Assembly (NCBI GenBank): GCA_965246885.1
Contig: OZ251992.1
Location: 288,001 to 352,000, forward strand
Source: Abditibacterium sp.
GTDB taxonomy: Bacteria > Armatimonadota > Abditibacteriia > Abditibacteriales > Abditibacteriaceae
Direction of reading: 5' to 3'
DNA: 64,000 bases
Shown here one piece after another: positions 21,029-30,488 of the stretch. The position numbers and the translations under genes are program-made. The notes beneath the pieces were generated by a model. It worked only from the letters and a program-made list of their open reading frames with translations, made no database searches and was not told the DNA's origin. How positions within the stretch are numbered: the stretch's first letter is position 1; the number at the start of each line of letters is the position of its first letter.

Positions 21029-24000
21029 ATGCACACAGTTCTCAAAATCGCGCGCGCCGCTTCCCTGACGGGCGTTTTTCTGGCGTTCCCTGCACCCCGT
21101 TGTTTGGCCGCCGGGGAGATTCCCTTGGTGGCCAATTACACAATGGAGCCGCCCGCCGACGCGCGCGCACTCGCGGACAATGGCCCGCTTCATATAGATG
21201 GGCGCCTGACTTCGGGCGTGGAGTATTCGACGCCCGGACGCGACGGGACGGGCCACGCGCTGCGCTTTTCCGGCGAGGGCGATGGCGTGGCCCGCATAGA
21301 CAAGGGAAAGTTTCTCCACCGGCTCGGCGCGCCTTTGTCGGTTTCCTTGTGGATCAAGCCGCAAGCGTGGGCCGAGCCGGGGCGCGGCGCCGCTCTGCTG
21401 ACCAAAACCTCCCAATCGTGGATTTCCAAAGCCTTTGCGCTGAGCATCGGCGACAACGGCAGTTTGGGCTTCGAGGGCAGCGAGGGCAACGGGTCGGGCT
21501 GGACGGGGCCGATACTCCAACTGAACAAGTGGCAACACGTCGCTTTCACCTTTGCACCCGGCGGCCAGAGGATTCTCTACCTCAACGGCCAAGCCGTCAG
21601 CCAAGCCCCGGCGGGGCCGGGTTTGTACAACAACGAAGAACCGCTTTTCTTCGGCTACGAGAACGGCTACGACGGGCCGGGCGGCTACCGCTCGAAATAC
21701 AAGGGCGAGATGGACGACGTGCATATCTACGCCGCCGCCTTGTCCGGCGACCAAATCAGGGCCGACATGATCGCTCCCCTCGCGCCCACCCGCGCCGCGA
21801 CCGAAAGCGACCTCGCGCCGCGCCGCTTCCGCACTACTCTGCGGCTCGCGCGCTTTGATTGGCCGCTTGGACTGCGCGACTATCGCGGACAAACCCGCGC
21901 GGGCGCCCGGCGCACGGATGGCCCGGACGCGCTCGACTTTCCGGCGCTCACCTTGACAAACGGCGACGGCACCGCGCAAACCCTCTTTGAAAAAGAGGCC
22001 GAGCAGACCGTTGACTTGCCCGAATTTCAAGACGCCCAAGGCAGCCCCGTCTTTCGCCAACCCTACGACAGCACCATCTCCCCCGGCGACCATTGGGTGC
22101 GCGCCCACAAGCTCACCTTGTGGGGGCGGCGCGACGTGTATTCCACTGATGCCACGCTGCGCGGGGGGCGCGACTTGGAAATCTGGGCCTTTCCCATTCG
22201 CATATCCGGCGAGCCAATCGCCTCCGTCGAAGTCAAGTCCGGCGCCCAGATCGTTTACCAAAGGACGTTTGTCCCCGCGCTTCACTCCCTCACGCTCCAA
22301 CTGCCGCAAGCCGCCTATTCCGTTACGGTCAACAACCGCGCGCCCGTCAGTTTCGCCGCCGGGTTGCAGCCACTCCAAAGCGGCGACCCGCGCTGGAACG
22401 CCCTCGTGGTGAACGCGCCCATCGCCGGAACCAAGTTGAGAATCGAGAACGCGCCGCGCGCTTTTGTCCATCAAAAAGAGTGGGACGACGACCTCGCGGC
22501 GGTCTCGCAAGCGGCGCCGTTGCCATTTGAATGGACGCGCGAGGTGCGCTCGTTCCCCGATTTCGTCGGCGTGGAAGTGCCGCGCTCGCCGCTTTCCATC
22601 TACGCCACCAGCCTAACGCACGGCATGAGCGGCGGCTTTCTGTATCACTCCGAACAAGGCCCGGCGTTTTCCGGCTCCGCCGACAATTACGCGCAGTTTC
22701 TGGCCGACAACGGCTATGATTTGGTCTTCGAGCAAAGCATCAATGGTTACGTGCTCGATCGCGCGAGGGACGTTAGCTCCTACGAAAACTGGCTGGCGGC
22801 GCTTGGACGGCACGGCGTGCGCGGCGGCCTCAACGTCAACAGTCTGAACAACTCGCACCAAGCGCTCTTTGGCGCGAACCTCGTCGAGTTCCACGCGCCC
22901 AAATTCCGCGACGCGCAGCTAATGGCGGGGCGCTTCGCGCGCTTCCCCAACTTCGCGGGCATGGCGATGGGCGCCGACAACGCGCAGTATTCGTGGTATT
23001 GGGATTGGAACGGGCCAAGCAGCGAGCACCCCTTTGGCATGGCGCTCAGCACTTTGTTTGCTCAAAGCGCGCCCGTCATCCCCGCCGCGCCCGCTTGGAC
23101 GGAACTCAAATCCTACCAACAAAAGACAACGCAACAGCAGTTCCTCCGTTACATCGCCCGCTTCGACTCGGCCTATAAAAAGAACGGCGAATACTTTGGC
23201 CGCGCGGTGCGCGAGGTTAACCCCGCTCTGGCGATAACGTCCGGCTCATACGGCAGCGAGTCGGGAGTGGGCGCGCGCGGCGGGCACTGGTCAACCCTGC
23301 CGGGAAAAGCGATGTTCGAGGGGCTTCCCGTTGCGCAGGCTTACGACTGGGACGAAACCGACGTGGTCAAGCCGCTCCAAAACGTGGCCCTCACCGACCG
23401 GCTCCGCTCGTATTTCCCGGACAAACCGGCGTGGTCGCTGTTGGACGATTTCCGCTTGAAGTTCGGACGCGAAACCATGCAGCGCCAATACGCCTTAGCC
23501 CTCACGCGTGGAATTGAGGGGATGGGCGTGTCCTTCCTCGCCAACCCCACCAACCAAAAGGAGTGGAACAAGCCGGACTACTCCAACTGGCGCCGCGACA
23601 TGCACGCTTGGGCACACCGCTACGGCGGCGTTTATGCCCGCACCCAACCGCGCCCGTCCGTCGGGATTCTCTACGTCAACGCGCAAGCGCTATCGCGCAC
23701 CGTCGTTGGCAACAAACCCGACGCCCCCGACGCCGCTTTGCTCGCAGGCTCGCACGGCGGCAAGACGAGCGAGGCGCTGTTCTTTTGTCAGGCCGCCGGT
23801 TGGCCCGCCAAAATCGTCACGCCCGAAGAATTGCGGCGCGGCCTCGCGCCTTCCGTGCACACGCTGTTGCTGGTCGGCCTGAACCGCTTCGACGGAACGT
23901 GGAACTGGTATGACGGACTGACGCCCGACCTAAAACGCTTCGTCGCGCGCGGGGGCCGCCTCGTTTCGGACGCCGAAACCGTCGCGCCGCCCGGTGTTCC

Positions 24001-25165
24001 CGTCGAGAACCTCGGCTTGCAAGTGCGCGCCTACGTCGAGCAAGGCGAACACGTGGCGCCCGCGCCCTCGACCGACCGCACCGCCCTGCTTTACGCGCGC
24101 AACCGCGACAACATCGCCAAACTGCGCGCCCTGAAAAACGCCGCGCCCCCGTTATGCGCGAGCGACGACCCCGCCATCTGGACAATCCCGACCCAAACCG
24201 GCGGCGTTCAATACGTGACCGTCGTCAACTACGCCGCGCCCGCAGGCCAAAACGCGACGCACGTCTTTGAACCGCGCACCGCCGCCTTGCGCTGGAACTC
24301 CGCGCGCCCCATCTACGATGTTCGCCTACGCCGCAAGCTCACGCCTGCCGAAGCCGCAACGGTGGACTTGACCCGAAACGCCTTCGCACTTTACGCCCTG
24401 CCGCCGCGCGCGGTGGGTGTGCCCCGCATTGCCCTCGCGCGCGGCGCCGATGGCTTCTGGAGCGCCAAAGTGGGCGTCGGGGCGCCCGATATGGACGGCG
24501 TGCCAGTGGAAATTGCCATCGAGAAAGGTGGGCAGAAAGCCACCGTTTGGGGCGCGACGGGAAGCGGCATCAAGCTGCCCATTCACGCGAGTTTGCCCGG
24601 CGCTTACTCCGTCACCGCGACGGAACTGTTGTCCGGCCTGAGGGGGAAAGCGACGGTTTCGGTGCCCGCCGCCCCGAAGAACGCGCCCGCGACACACGAT
24701 ACAGCCATCGCACGCTTTTTCGCGCGCCAAACGGTGCCCTTAACCGTTGCTCTCACGCCGTCGCAGTTCGACGACGCGGCGTGGCAAAAGGCGGCGGCAC
24801 TTCTCGTGGGCATGGCGCGCGCCGCCGGACGCCGCAACGTGACCGTCGCGCGGCTCGAACCGGGGACGCTCGTGACGGGTTTACAGGTCGTGGGCGGCGC
24901 CCAAAGTTTTCCGCGATGGCAGACCATCGAAAGCGACATCGTTCTACTGGGCACGCCGAACAGCAACGTGTTGTTGCTCGACCAAGCGCGCGGCTTTTTG
25001 CTGCCTCAAGCGGCGTTCGACCTCTCGCGCGGCGCTTACTCCGCGAGCGCTTCCTATTCGCCCTTCGTCGGCGAATACGACGCGCTCAACCTCGTTTCTC
25101 CCGATGCTTCGGGCGTGGCCGCGTTCATCCATGACTCCACAAAACTTCAAAAGAAAACCCCATGA
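21029..25165 (+). CDS. Large secreted LamG-domain protein with putative glycoside-hydrolase-like region
   Basis: LamG motifs SVSLWIKP, WQHVAFTF, LYLNGQ, YKGEMDDVHIY..ALS; signal peptide after ATG 21029 (ORF open from 20855). Confidence 0.75.
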   Translation: MHTVLKIARAASLTGVFLAFPAPRCLAAGEIPLVANYTMEPPADARALADNGPLHIDGRLTSGVEYSTPGRDGTGHALRFSGEGDGVARIDKGKFLHRLGAPLSVSLWIKPQAWAEPGRGAALLTKTSQSWISKAFALSIGDNGSLGFEGSEGNGSGWTGPILQLNKWQHVAFTFAPGGQRILYLNGQAVSQAPAGPGLYNNEEPLFFGYENGYDGPGGYRSKYKGEMDDVHIYAAALSGDQIRADMIAPLAPTRAATESDLAPRRFRTTLRLARFDWPLGLRDYRGQTRAGARRTDGPDALDFPALTLTNGDGTAQTLFEKEAEQTVDLPEFQDAQGSPVFRQPYDSTISPGDHWVRAHKLTLWGRRDVYSTDATLRGGRDLEIWAFPIRISGEPIASVEVKSGAQIVYQRTFVPALHSLTLQLPQAAYSVTVNNRAPVSFAAGLQPLQSGDPRWNALVVNAPIAGTKLRIENAPRAFVHQKEWDDDLAAVSQAAPLPFEWTREVRSFPDFVGVEVPRSPLSIYATSLTHGMSGGFLYHSEQGPAFSGSADNYAQFLADNGYDLVFEQSINGYVLDRARDVSSYENWLAALGRHGVRGGLNVNSLNNSHQALFGANLVEFHAPKFRDAQLMAGRFARFPNFAGMAMGADNAQYSWYWDWNGPSSEHPFGMALSTLFAQSAPVIPAAPAWTELKSYQQKTTQQQFLRYIARFDSAYKKNGEYFGRAVREVNPALAITSGSYGSESGVGARGGHWSTLPGKAMFEGLPVAQAYDWDETDVVKPLQNVALTDRLRSYFPDKPAWSLLDDFRLKFGRETMQRQYALALTRGIEGMGVSFLANPTNQKEWNKPDYSNWRRDMHAWAHRYGGVYARTQPRPSVGILYVNAQALSRTVVGNKPDAPDAALLAGSHGGKTSEALFFCQAAGWPAKIVTPEELRRGLAPSVHTLLLVGLNRFDGTWNWYDGLTPDLKRFVARGGRLVSDAETVAPPGVPVENLGLQVRAYVEQGEHVAPAPSTDRTALLYARNRDNIAKLRALKNAAPPLCASDDPAIWTIPTQTGGVQYVTVVNYAAPAGQNATHVFEPRTAALRWNSARPIYDVRLRRKLTPAEAATVDLTRNAFALYALPPRAVGVPRIALARGADGFWSAKVGVGAPDMDGVPVEIAIEKGGQKATVWGATGSGIKLPIHASLPGAYSVTATELLSGLRGKATVSVPAAPKNAPATHDTAIARFFARQTVPLTVALTPSQFDDAAWQKAAALLVGMARAAGRRNVTVARLEPGTLVTGLQVVGGAQSFPRWQTIESDIVLLGTPNSNVLLLDQARGFLLPQAAFDLSRGAYSASASYSPFVGEYDALNLVSPDASGVAAFIHDSTKLQKKTP

Positions 25166-25950
25166 CAAAGCACCTCCTTTCAGTACTCCTCGTGATGGCC
25201 TACCCTTTGGTAGCCCGCGCGCAAAGCTGGCCACAGGTTCTGGTGCCGCGCACCGCCGCGCCGCCGGGAATGAAAGCCGCACCCGATGAAACGGCATGGA
25301 ACCGGGCCGCCTTGATTCCTCGTCTCACCCTATCGCGCGGCGCCGACGCCAAGGGCCTCGCGCCCCTGCCCACCTCGGTGCGCTTGTTGTGGGATGCCCA
25401 CTATCTTTATTTGCGCTTTCGCTGCGCCGACGCGGAAATCTACACGCCCATTAAGGGCCGCGACGCCGAGCTTTACAAGGGCGACGTGGTGGAAGTATTC
25501 CTCGACCCCGTTGGCGACGCGCGCTGGTATATCGAGTTGGAAATCAGCCCGCGCGGTGACATCTTCGACCAAATGTTCTCCGTCACGGCCCAACCGCGCT
25601 TCAACGCGCACGGGCGGCTGGTGGACGACGTGCTGGCGCGCGACTGGTGGCCCAACCTGTCGTGGACGCTCGACGGTTTGCGCGTGGCGACGCGCGTCAT
25701 CCCGGCGCAGAGCCAAACGAAGGAATGGATCGCCGACATCGCCATTCCCGCCGCGCCGCTCTTGCGGCGGTTGGGCAAAAGCCAGTTCGAGCCGATGGAT
25801 TTGCGCGCCCATTTTCTGCGCTACGATTGGACAGCGCCGCTTTCCACAACCCACCAACGCCGTTTGGTCGCCATGAACTGGGCGACGGTAGATTACGGAT
25901 GCCCCCACATCTCGCCCGCAGCGATGGGATTCGTGACCTTGAATCGCTGA
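25162..25950 (+). CDS. Secreted CBM9-like (DOMON-like) carbohydrate-binding protein
   Basis: VRLLWDAHYLYLRFRC.D, GDVVEVFLDP, Y.ELEISP.G..FD. Confidence 0.8.
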   Translation: MTKHLLSVLLVMAYPLVARAQSWPQVLVPRTAAPPGMKAAPDETAWNRAALIPRLTLSRGADAKGLAPLPTSVRLLWDAHYLYLRFRCADAEIYTPIKGRDAELYKGDVVEVFLDPVGDARWYIELEISPRGDIFDQMFSVTAQPRFNAHGRLVDDVLARDWWPNLSWTLDGLRVATRVIPAQSQTKEWIADIAIPAAPLLRRLGKSQFEPMDLRAHFLRYDWTAPLSTTHQRRLVAMNWATVDYGCPHISPAAMGFVTLNR

Positions 25951-26074
25951 GTCACAAACATACGCGGACGAGCGACAGACCTCTGGCAACCAGTCACAGA
26001 CGTCTGGCAATGAGTCACACACCTCTGCCAACGACTGACAGACGTGCGCCGACCGCCGACACGCGTCTGCCAAT
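25949..26074. repeat. Degenerate 21-bp tandem array (CAGACGTCTG family), 6 units
   Basis: gagtcacaaacatacgcggac/gagcgacagacctctggcaac/cagtcacagacgtctggcaat/gagtcacacacctctgccaac/... Confidence 0.8.
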
Positions 26075-26312
26075 GGTTGCCGGAGGGCGTTGGGCGAAGC
26101 GCAGACACCGCCCGTCTGGACATAAGGCACCTTACCCCCGGCAGGGCGCGCTGGCTTTTGATGCGCGCGTGCAACTCCTTGGGGCGGTCTTATGGTGAAG
26201 CGCCTGAGTTGGAGAGTGGTTCGAGAAGCGGAAGGCGCGTTCAACCGCATGACAAGCGTTTTCAGCCCGTAAACGGCGCGAAATAAAAAATTTACATGGG
26301 AGAATCGAAAAA

Positions 26313-26371
26313 GATGTTTAAACGCCCCGCGATTTGGGTATATTGATATTGCGGACGAAAGGTAGAACCAA
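26313..26371 (+). promoter_or_regulatory. Promoter (TATATT -10) plus operator AAGGTAGAACCAA upstream of the FadR gene
   Basis: GATGTTTAAA-N12-TGGGTATATT, then operator at 26359-26371. Confidence 0.7.
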
Positions 26372-26383
26372 GAAGGGGAGACC

Positions 26384-27193
26384 TTGACCGCAGTTATGAC
26401 GACTTCCACGCTTCCCTTGTCTTCCGTTCTGGATATTCCGGCCAAGCCCCGCAAAGGCGTAAACCGCGAATTGTCGGAGATGGCGAGTCTGCATCCGTTA
26501 GGCAGCGCCAATCGGGTGACGGCGGTGGTGGATCAACTGACGCAGGTCGTGCTTAAAGGCGAGTTTAAGCCGGGTTCGCTGTTGCCGCCCGAACGGGATT
26601 TGGCCGAACATCTGGGCGTGTCGCGCAATGCGGTGCGCGAAGCGACCAAGATTATGCAGTCGCGCGGGTTACTGTCGGTCAAGCAGGGATTGGGAACTGT
26701 CGTCACCGGCGTAACCAGCGCGCCGATGCAGCAGATGTTTACGCAAGCCCTGCACGGCAATGAGGAAGCGCTATTGCATCTGACCGAAGTGCGTTTGTCG
26801 TTGGAAGTGCGCATCGCGGCATGGGCCGCCGAGCGCGCGACCGAGTTGAACGTGGCGCGTCTCAAGGAGCTACTCGACGCGATGGAATCGAGCCTGAACG
26901 ACAACGGGCGTTACGCCGATTTGGATGTCGAGTTTCATCTGGAACTGGCGCGCGCCACACAAAACCCGCTGTTCGTGCTCATGCTGGAATCGGTGGCCGC
27001 CATGCTGCATCAGAGCCGCGAGTTGGCACTGTCGGCGATTGCTGCCCCTGTGACCAAAGTCGCCCAGCGAGCGCACGGGCGTCTTTTCAAGGCTGTCGCG
27101 GCCAAAGACTCAGCCGGGGCAGCCCAAGCGATGAGCGACCATCTCGAAATGCAACGCCAAGATTTCGAGAGATTGCTCGCCAAGCCGGAGTAA
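26384..27193 (+). CDS. FadR-subfamily GntR transcriptional regulator (FCD domain)
   Basis: LPPERDLAEHLGVSRNAVREA...QG.GT.V; EVR..LE; D.EFH..LA.ATQNP; start uncertain. Confidence 0.92.
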   Translation: MTAVMTTSTLPLSSVLDIPAKPRKGVNRELSEMASLHPLGSANRVTAVVDQLTQVVLKGEFKPGSLLPPERDLAEHLGVSRNAVREATKIMQSRGLLSVKQGLGTVVTGVTSAPMQQMFTQALHGNEEALLHLTEVRLSLEVRIAAWAAERATELNVARLKELLDAMESSLNDNGRYADLDVEFHLELARATQNPLFVLMLESVAAMLHQSRELALSAIAAPVTKVAQRAHGRLFKAVAAKDSAGAAQAMSDHLEMQRQDFERLLAKPE

Positions 27194-27210
27194 CCGGCAT
27201 TTACACCTTA

Positions 27211-27255
27211 TCAATTCCTCGTTTCGCCAACCGAAACGGAGTTGAAGTTTAGAAA
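27211..27255 (+). repeat. 45-bp leader hairpin element, copy 1
   Basis: 44/45 identical to 28083-28127. Confidence 0.9.
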
Positions 27256-27268
27256 GAGGACAATTCTT

Positions 27269-28000
27269 ATGTCACATTTCAATAGCCGTACAAAGCGGCC
27301 CGCTTTCACGCTCATAGAGCTTCTCGTTGTCATTGCCATCATCGCCATTTTGGCAGCTATCTTGTTCCCGGCTTTTGCCCGCGCCAGAGAAAACGCCCGC
27401 CGCGCGTCGTGCCAATCCAATCTTAAACAAATCGGCTTGGGCTTCGCGCAATACACGCAGGACTACGATGAATTTCTTCCGCCTGGCTACAACACCAACA
27501 ACGGGCGCTATCCTGTCGCTCCAGCCACGCTGTTCAGCGTCCCTTGGGACATCCTACTGCAACCCTACCTTAAAAGCTCACAACTTTTCGTGTGTCCCAG
27601 CGATACTAACTCCATAACCCAAGATTTGACGGGTGTTCCCGGCTACGGTACCACTGCAAAACGCTCATACGCCATTGCCGATTATATTCGCGGTGTCTCC
27701 CTAGCCACCATTAATTCCCCGGCCCTCACGATTGAAGTGGGTGAGCGTGACAAAAACGCAGCGCCGCCCGACCAGTGGTTTTACTACCACGACCTCGACA
27801 ATACCGGTGGAGAAACGTGCGCCAACAACAACGCTGCCAACGACACGCGCCACTTGGGAACGTCGAACTGGCTGTACACCGATGGCCACGTCAAAGCGCA
27901 AAAAGGTGGTAAACGTTCTTTTACGGTGTTTACCGGCCACCCCAACACAGCCTCCGATGGTAGCACCAAAATTGCCGTTGCTGCCGATCTACCTCAATAA
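27269..28000 (+). CDS. DUF1559 prepilin-type / H-X9-DG protein #3
   Basis: [14 protein letters not shown]...[28 protein letters not shown]. Confidence 0.93.
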   Translation: MSHFNSRTKRPAFTLIELLVVIAIIAILAAILFPAFARARENARRASCQSNLKQIGLGFAQYTQDYDEFLPPGYNTNNGRYPVAPATLFSVPWDILLQPYLKSSQLFVCPSDTNSITQDLTGVPGYGTTAKRSYAIADYIRGVSLATINSPALTIEVGERDKNAAPPDQWFYYHDLDNTGGETCANNNAANDTRHLGTSNWLYTDGHVKAQKGGKRSFTVFTGHPNTASDGSTKIAVAADLPQ

Positions 28001-28082
28001 TAAAGCAAGGGGCACCATAACAGATGGTGTGTGGTGCCCTACTACCTTAACTTGACAGGGTGTTTCTACCAACGGAACTCAT

Positions 28083-28127
28083 TCAATTCCTCGTTCCGCC
28101 AACCGAAACGGAGTTGAAGTTTAGAAA
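28083..28127 (+). repeat. 45-bp leader hairpin element, copy 2
   Basis: Direct repeat of 27211-27255. Confidence 0.9.
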
Positions 28128-28431
28128 CTCGACGGCCACCCTCATAATGGCTTTCGACTCCGGCTTTTTCTACCTCAACTTGTACAGTACCAACTTTCGG
28201 TTTTTGCCGGGTCAGGGCAGTAACGGAAACGCGGCGGACTGCACAGGTACAACTGACCCGCGTTGCCAAGCAGCCGATTCGGCGCACTTGGGCGGTATCA
28301 ACGTCGCCTTTGCCGATGGACACGTCAAGTTCCAGCGCATCGGGCCGGTCGCGTCCGACCTCAAAGCGTGGACGGCCGCCAGCCGTGCCGCGACTACCCT
28401 CAGCGCTTGGAATCCCGCCAAAAGCTCGTGA
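28128..28431 (+). pseudogene. Orphan C-terminal half of a DUF1559/H-X9-DG gene
   Basis: ATLIMAFDS...HLGGINVAFADGHVK..WNP, but no prepilin N-terminus; fused directly to the duplicated leader. Confidence 0.8.
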
Positions 28432-28596
28432 GCCAAGCGAAGACTCGCTTTTGTCTCGCCGGTATGTTTTAAATACCCGCTTCTGGGAACATTACGTCGA
28501 AGGCGACGGGATACCACAGATCATGGTTTGGCTTGTCGTGCTCCGTCGCCTGAAGATTTCTGGAGCTTTATCGTTTACCGGAACACATTCACATCT

Positions 28597-30399
28597 ATGA
28601 TACATTTCTCGAAGGGAACAAGCGTCTGGTTACTGGGGGGCGCTTTTTTAGTGGGCGGTTGCATGGCTACCAGCGCGCCTGAAGTTTCGGCCCAATCTCT
28701 ACCCAACCGGGCCAAGGTGCGCGCCGATGGCACCATCTTGCTCAACGGAGACAACCCCTACTTTCCTTTTGGGTTTCAATACGACTACTACGAGCCGAAC
28801 GCGACGGGAGGTTTAACCGAGCAAAACCGCACTAACGCTTTGAACGCGCTTTCGAGCGCCGGATTCGATTCCATGCACACCGGGGAGGCCAGTGGCGCGG
28901 GGGCGGGTGGATTCAACTTCAATACGTTTCTGGCCAACTGCGATGCGAAGACTCCGAGGATGAATGTCAATGTGTATCCCGGCCCCAATACCTACGATGT
29001 GAGCAGTTCGGACGCTGCGTTATCGGCCTACATCGACACCTACAAGGGCTACAAATCGCCTTTGTGGTGGACTTTGGGCGATGATGTCAACGGTACCAAC
29101 CTCAACCCCAATGGCACTATTAACTGGCCGCCCTCCCGGATTCAACAGCGCAACGCAGTGGCGAAAGGGCGCGACCCCAACAGACTGACGTTCATTTCGG
29201 GTGGTGGGACGGATGTAGATTATCCCAACAACGGCGACAAAAACACGGCGCCCTTTATGGGAACAGCCGATTGTTACGGCGTCCAAAACTACTCTCTGAG
29301 TCCCAGTAACACCAATCCCTTGGGAGGCTCGTTCGACAAATACGCCATTGTCACCAGACAAGCCGATAACGCCACGTATGCGGCGGGCCAATCGAAGACC
29401 TGTGTGATAGCGGACTTGCAAACGTTTCGCAGCGCGCCAACTGATCCGTTCCCCAATCCCGCGTTGCTGCGCGGCCATGTTTACATGGCTTTGGCGGCGG
29501 GCGTGAAGGGACTCAACGGTTATACCTACGAGAGAAGTCTGGGCGTTGGGAAGGGGCATGAGGGAGTCTTTGAATTCCCGGATTCGTGGAATTTATTGAA
29601 GTCGTTGCGCCCCGAAATCTCCACGCTCGCTCCGGTGTTGTGCGATGGCTACATTTATAAGGATGTCGAGGATAACGACGGGCCATACGCGCGGACATCC
29701 CTATGGGTTTTCAAAAACAAATTGTATGTAGTGTCCGGCAATATCTCCCCGACGAATCCGCAGCCAGTCACCATTCCCTTGCCCGGTTCGGTCGCCGGAA
29801 ATCTCACCAACCTTTTTGGCGCGCGGCCTGCGGGACTTTCCTTTTCTGGGGGCGCCCTACGCGGCACATTGCCCGCCGCGAGTTGGGCTGCGGGTCAAAA
29901 CGTCAATAACATCAGTGGCGGTGTCGGCGTGTACTCGCTGGATATGCAACCGCTCCTCGCCAATCCAGATTTCGAGAGCGGCTACACCGGCTGGACGACA
30001 TGGGAAATCATTCCCGGCTCAGCCAGCGCCGTTTCTACCCCCACTTTCGATGTAAAAAGCGGAAGCAAAGCCTTGTCGCATTCCCGCAACACTCCGTATT
30101 TCGTCGCCAGCCAGCAAGCGCTCAGTGGATTGACCAACGGCAAATACACCCTGCGTGCATGGGTGCGTTGTAGCGGCGGACAGGAAATCTGCCAGATGGA
30201 GTCGTGGAACGGTTCCAATCTCTATTCGACGCCCATTACCAACACCTACTCCACCGAGTTGGGCAAACACATCTGGACACCCATCGTCATCAAAGACATC
30301 CCTGTGACCAACGGCACGCTAACTGTGGGCGTCAAATCCAAAGCGGCGGCAAATCAGTGGTTGAACTTCGATTGCGTTGACCTTTGGCGCCAACCTTAG
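28597..30399 (+). CDS. Secreted glycoside-hydrolase-like TIM barrel with C-terminal carbohydrate-binding module
   Basis: Signal peptide; LNG.PYFPFG, W.LGDD, DPNRLT, YMALAAGVKG; LANPDFESG..GW CBM. Confidence 0.7.
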   Translation: MIHFSKGTSVWLLGGAFLVGGCMATSAPEVSAQSLPNRAKVRADGTILLNGDNPYFPFGFQYDYYEPNATGGLTEQNRTNALNALSSAGFDSMHTGEASGAGAGGFNFNTFLANCDAKTPRMNVNVYPGPNTYDVSSSDAALSAYIDTYKGYKSPLWWTLGDDVNGTNLNPNGTINWPPSRIQQRNAVAKGRDPNRLTFISGGGTDVDYPNNGDKNTAPFMGTADCYGVQNYSLSPSNTNPLGGSFDKYAIVTRQADNATYAAGQSKTCVIADLQTFRSAPTDPFPNPALLRGHVYMALAAGVKGLNGYTYERSLGVGKGHEGVFEFPDSWNLLKSLRPEISTLAPVLCDGYIYKDVEDNDGPYARTSLWVFKNKLYVVSGNISPTNPQPVTIPLPGSVAGNLTNLFGARPAGLSFSGGALRGTLPAASWAAGQNVNNISGGVGVYSLDMQPLLANPDFESGYTGWTTWEIIPGSASAVSTPTFDVKSGSKALSHSRNTPYFVASQQALSGLTNGKYTLRAWVRCSGGQEICQMESWNGSNLYSTPITNTYSTELGKHIWTPIVIKDIPVTNGTLTVGVKSKAAANQWLNFDCVDLWRQP

Positions 30400-30437
30400 A
30401 ACGAAAGGCTTTACACGCCCCTCAATAACGCGAAAAG

Positions 30438-30476
30438 CGAGGAGTCAGAAGCCAACTCGTGGTTTCTGACTCCTCG
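30438..30476. other. Long intercistronic hairpin
   Basis: CGAGGAGTCAGAAGCCA-5 nt-TGGTTTCTGACTCCTCG. Confidence 0.8.
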
Positions 30477-30488
30477 TAAAGCCGCACT

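Noticed and set aside
17742..22510. Long minus-strand ORFs (1004 aa and 582 aa)
   Set aside because: Antisense shadows of well-supported plus-strand genes in GC-rich DNA, with no recognisable motifs.
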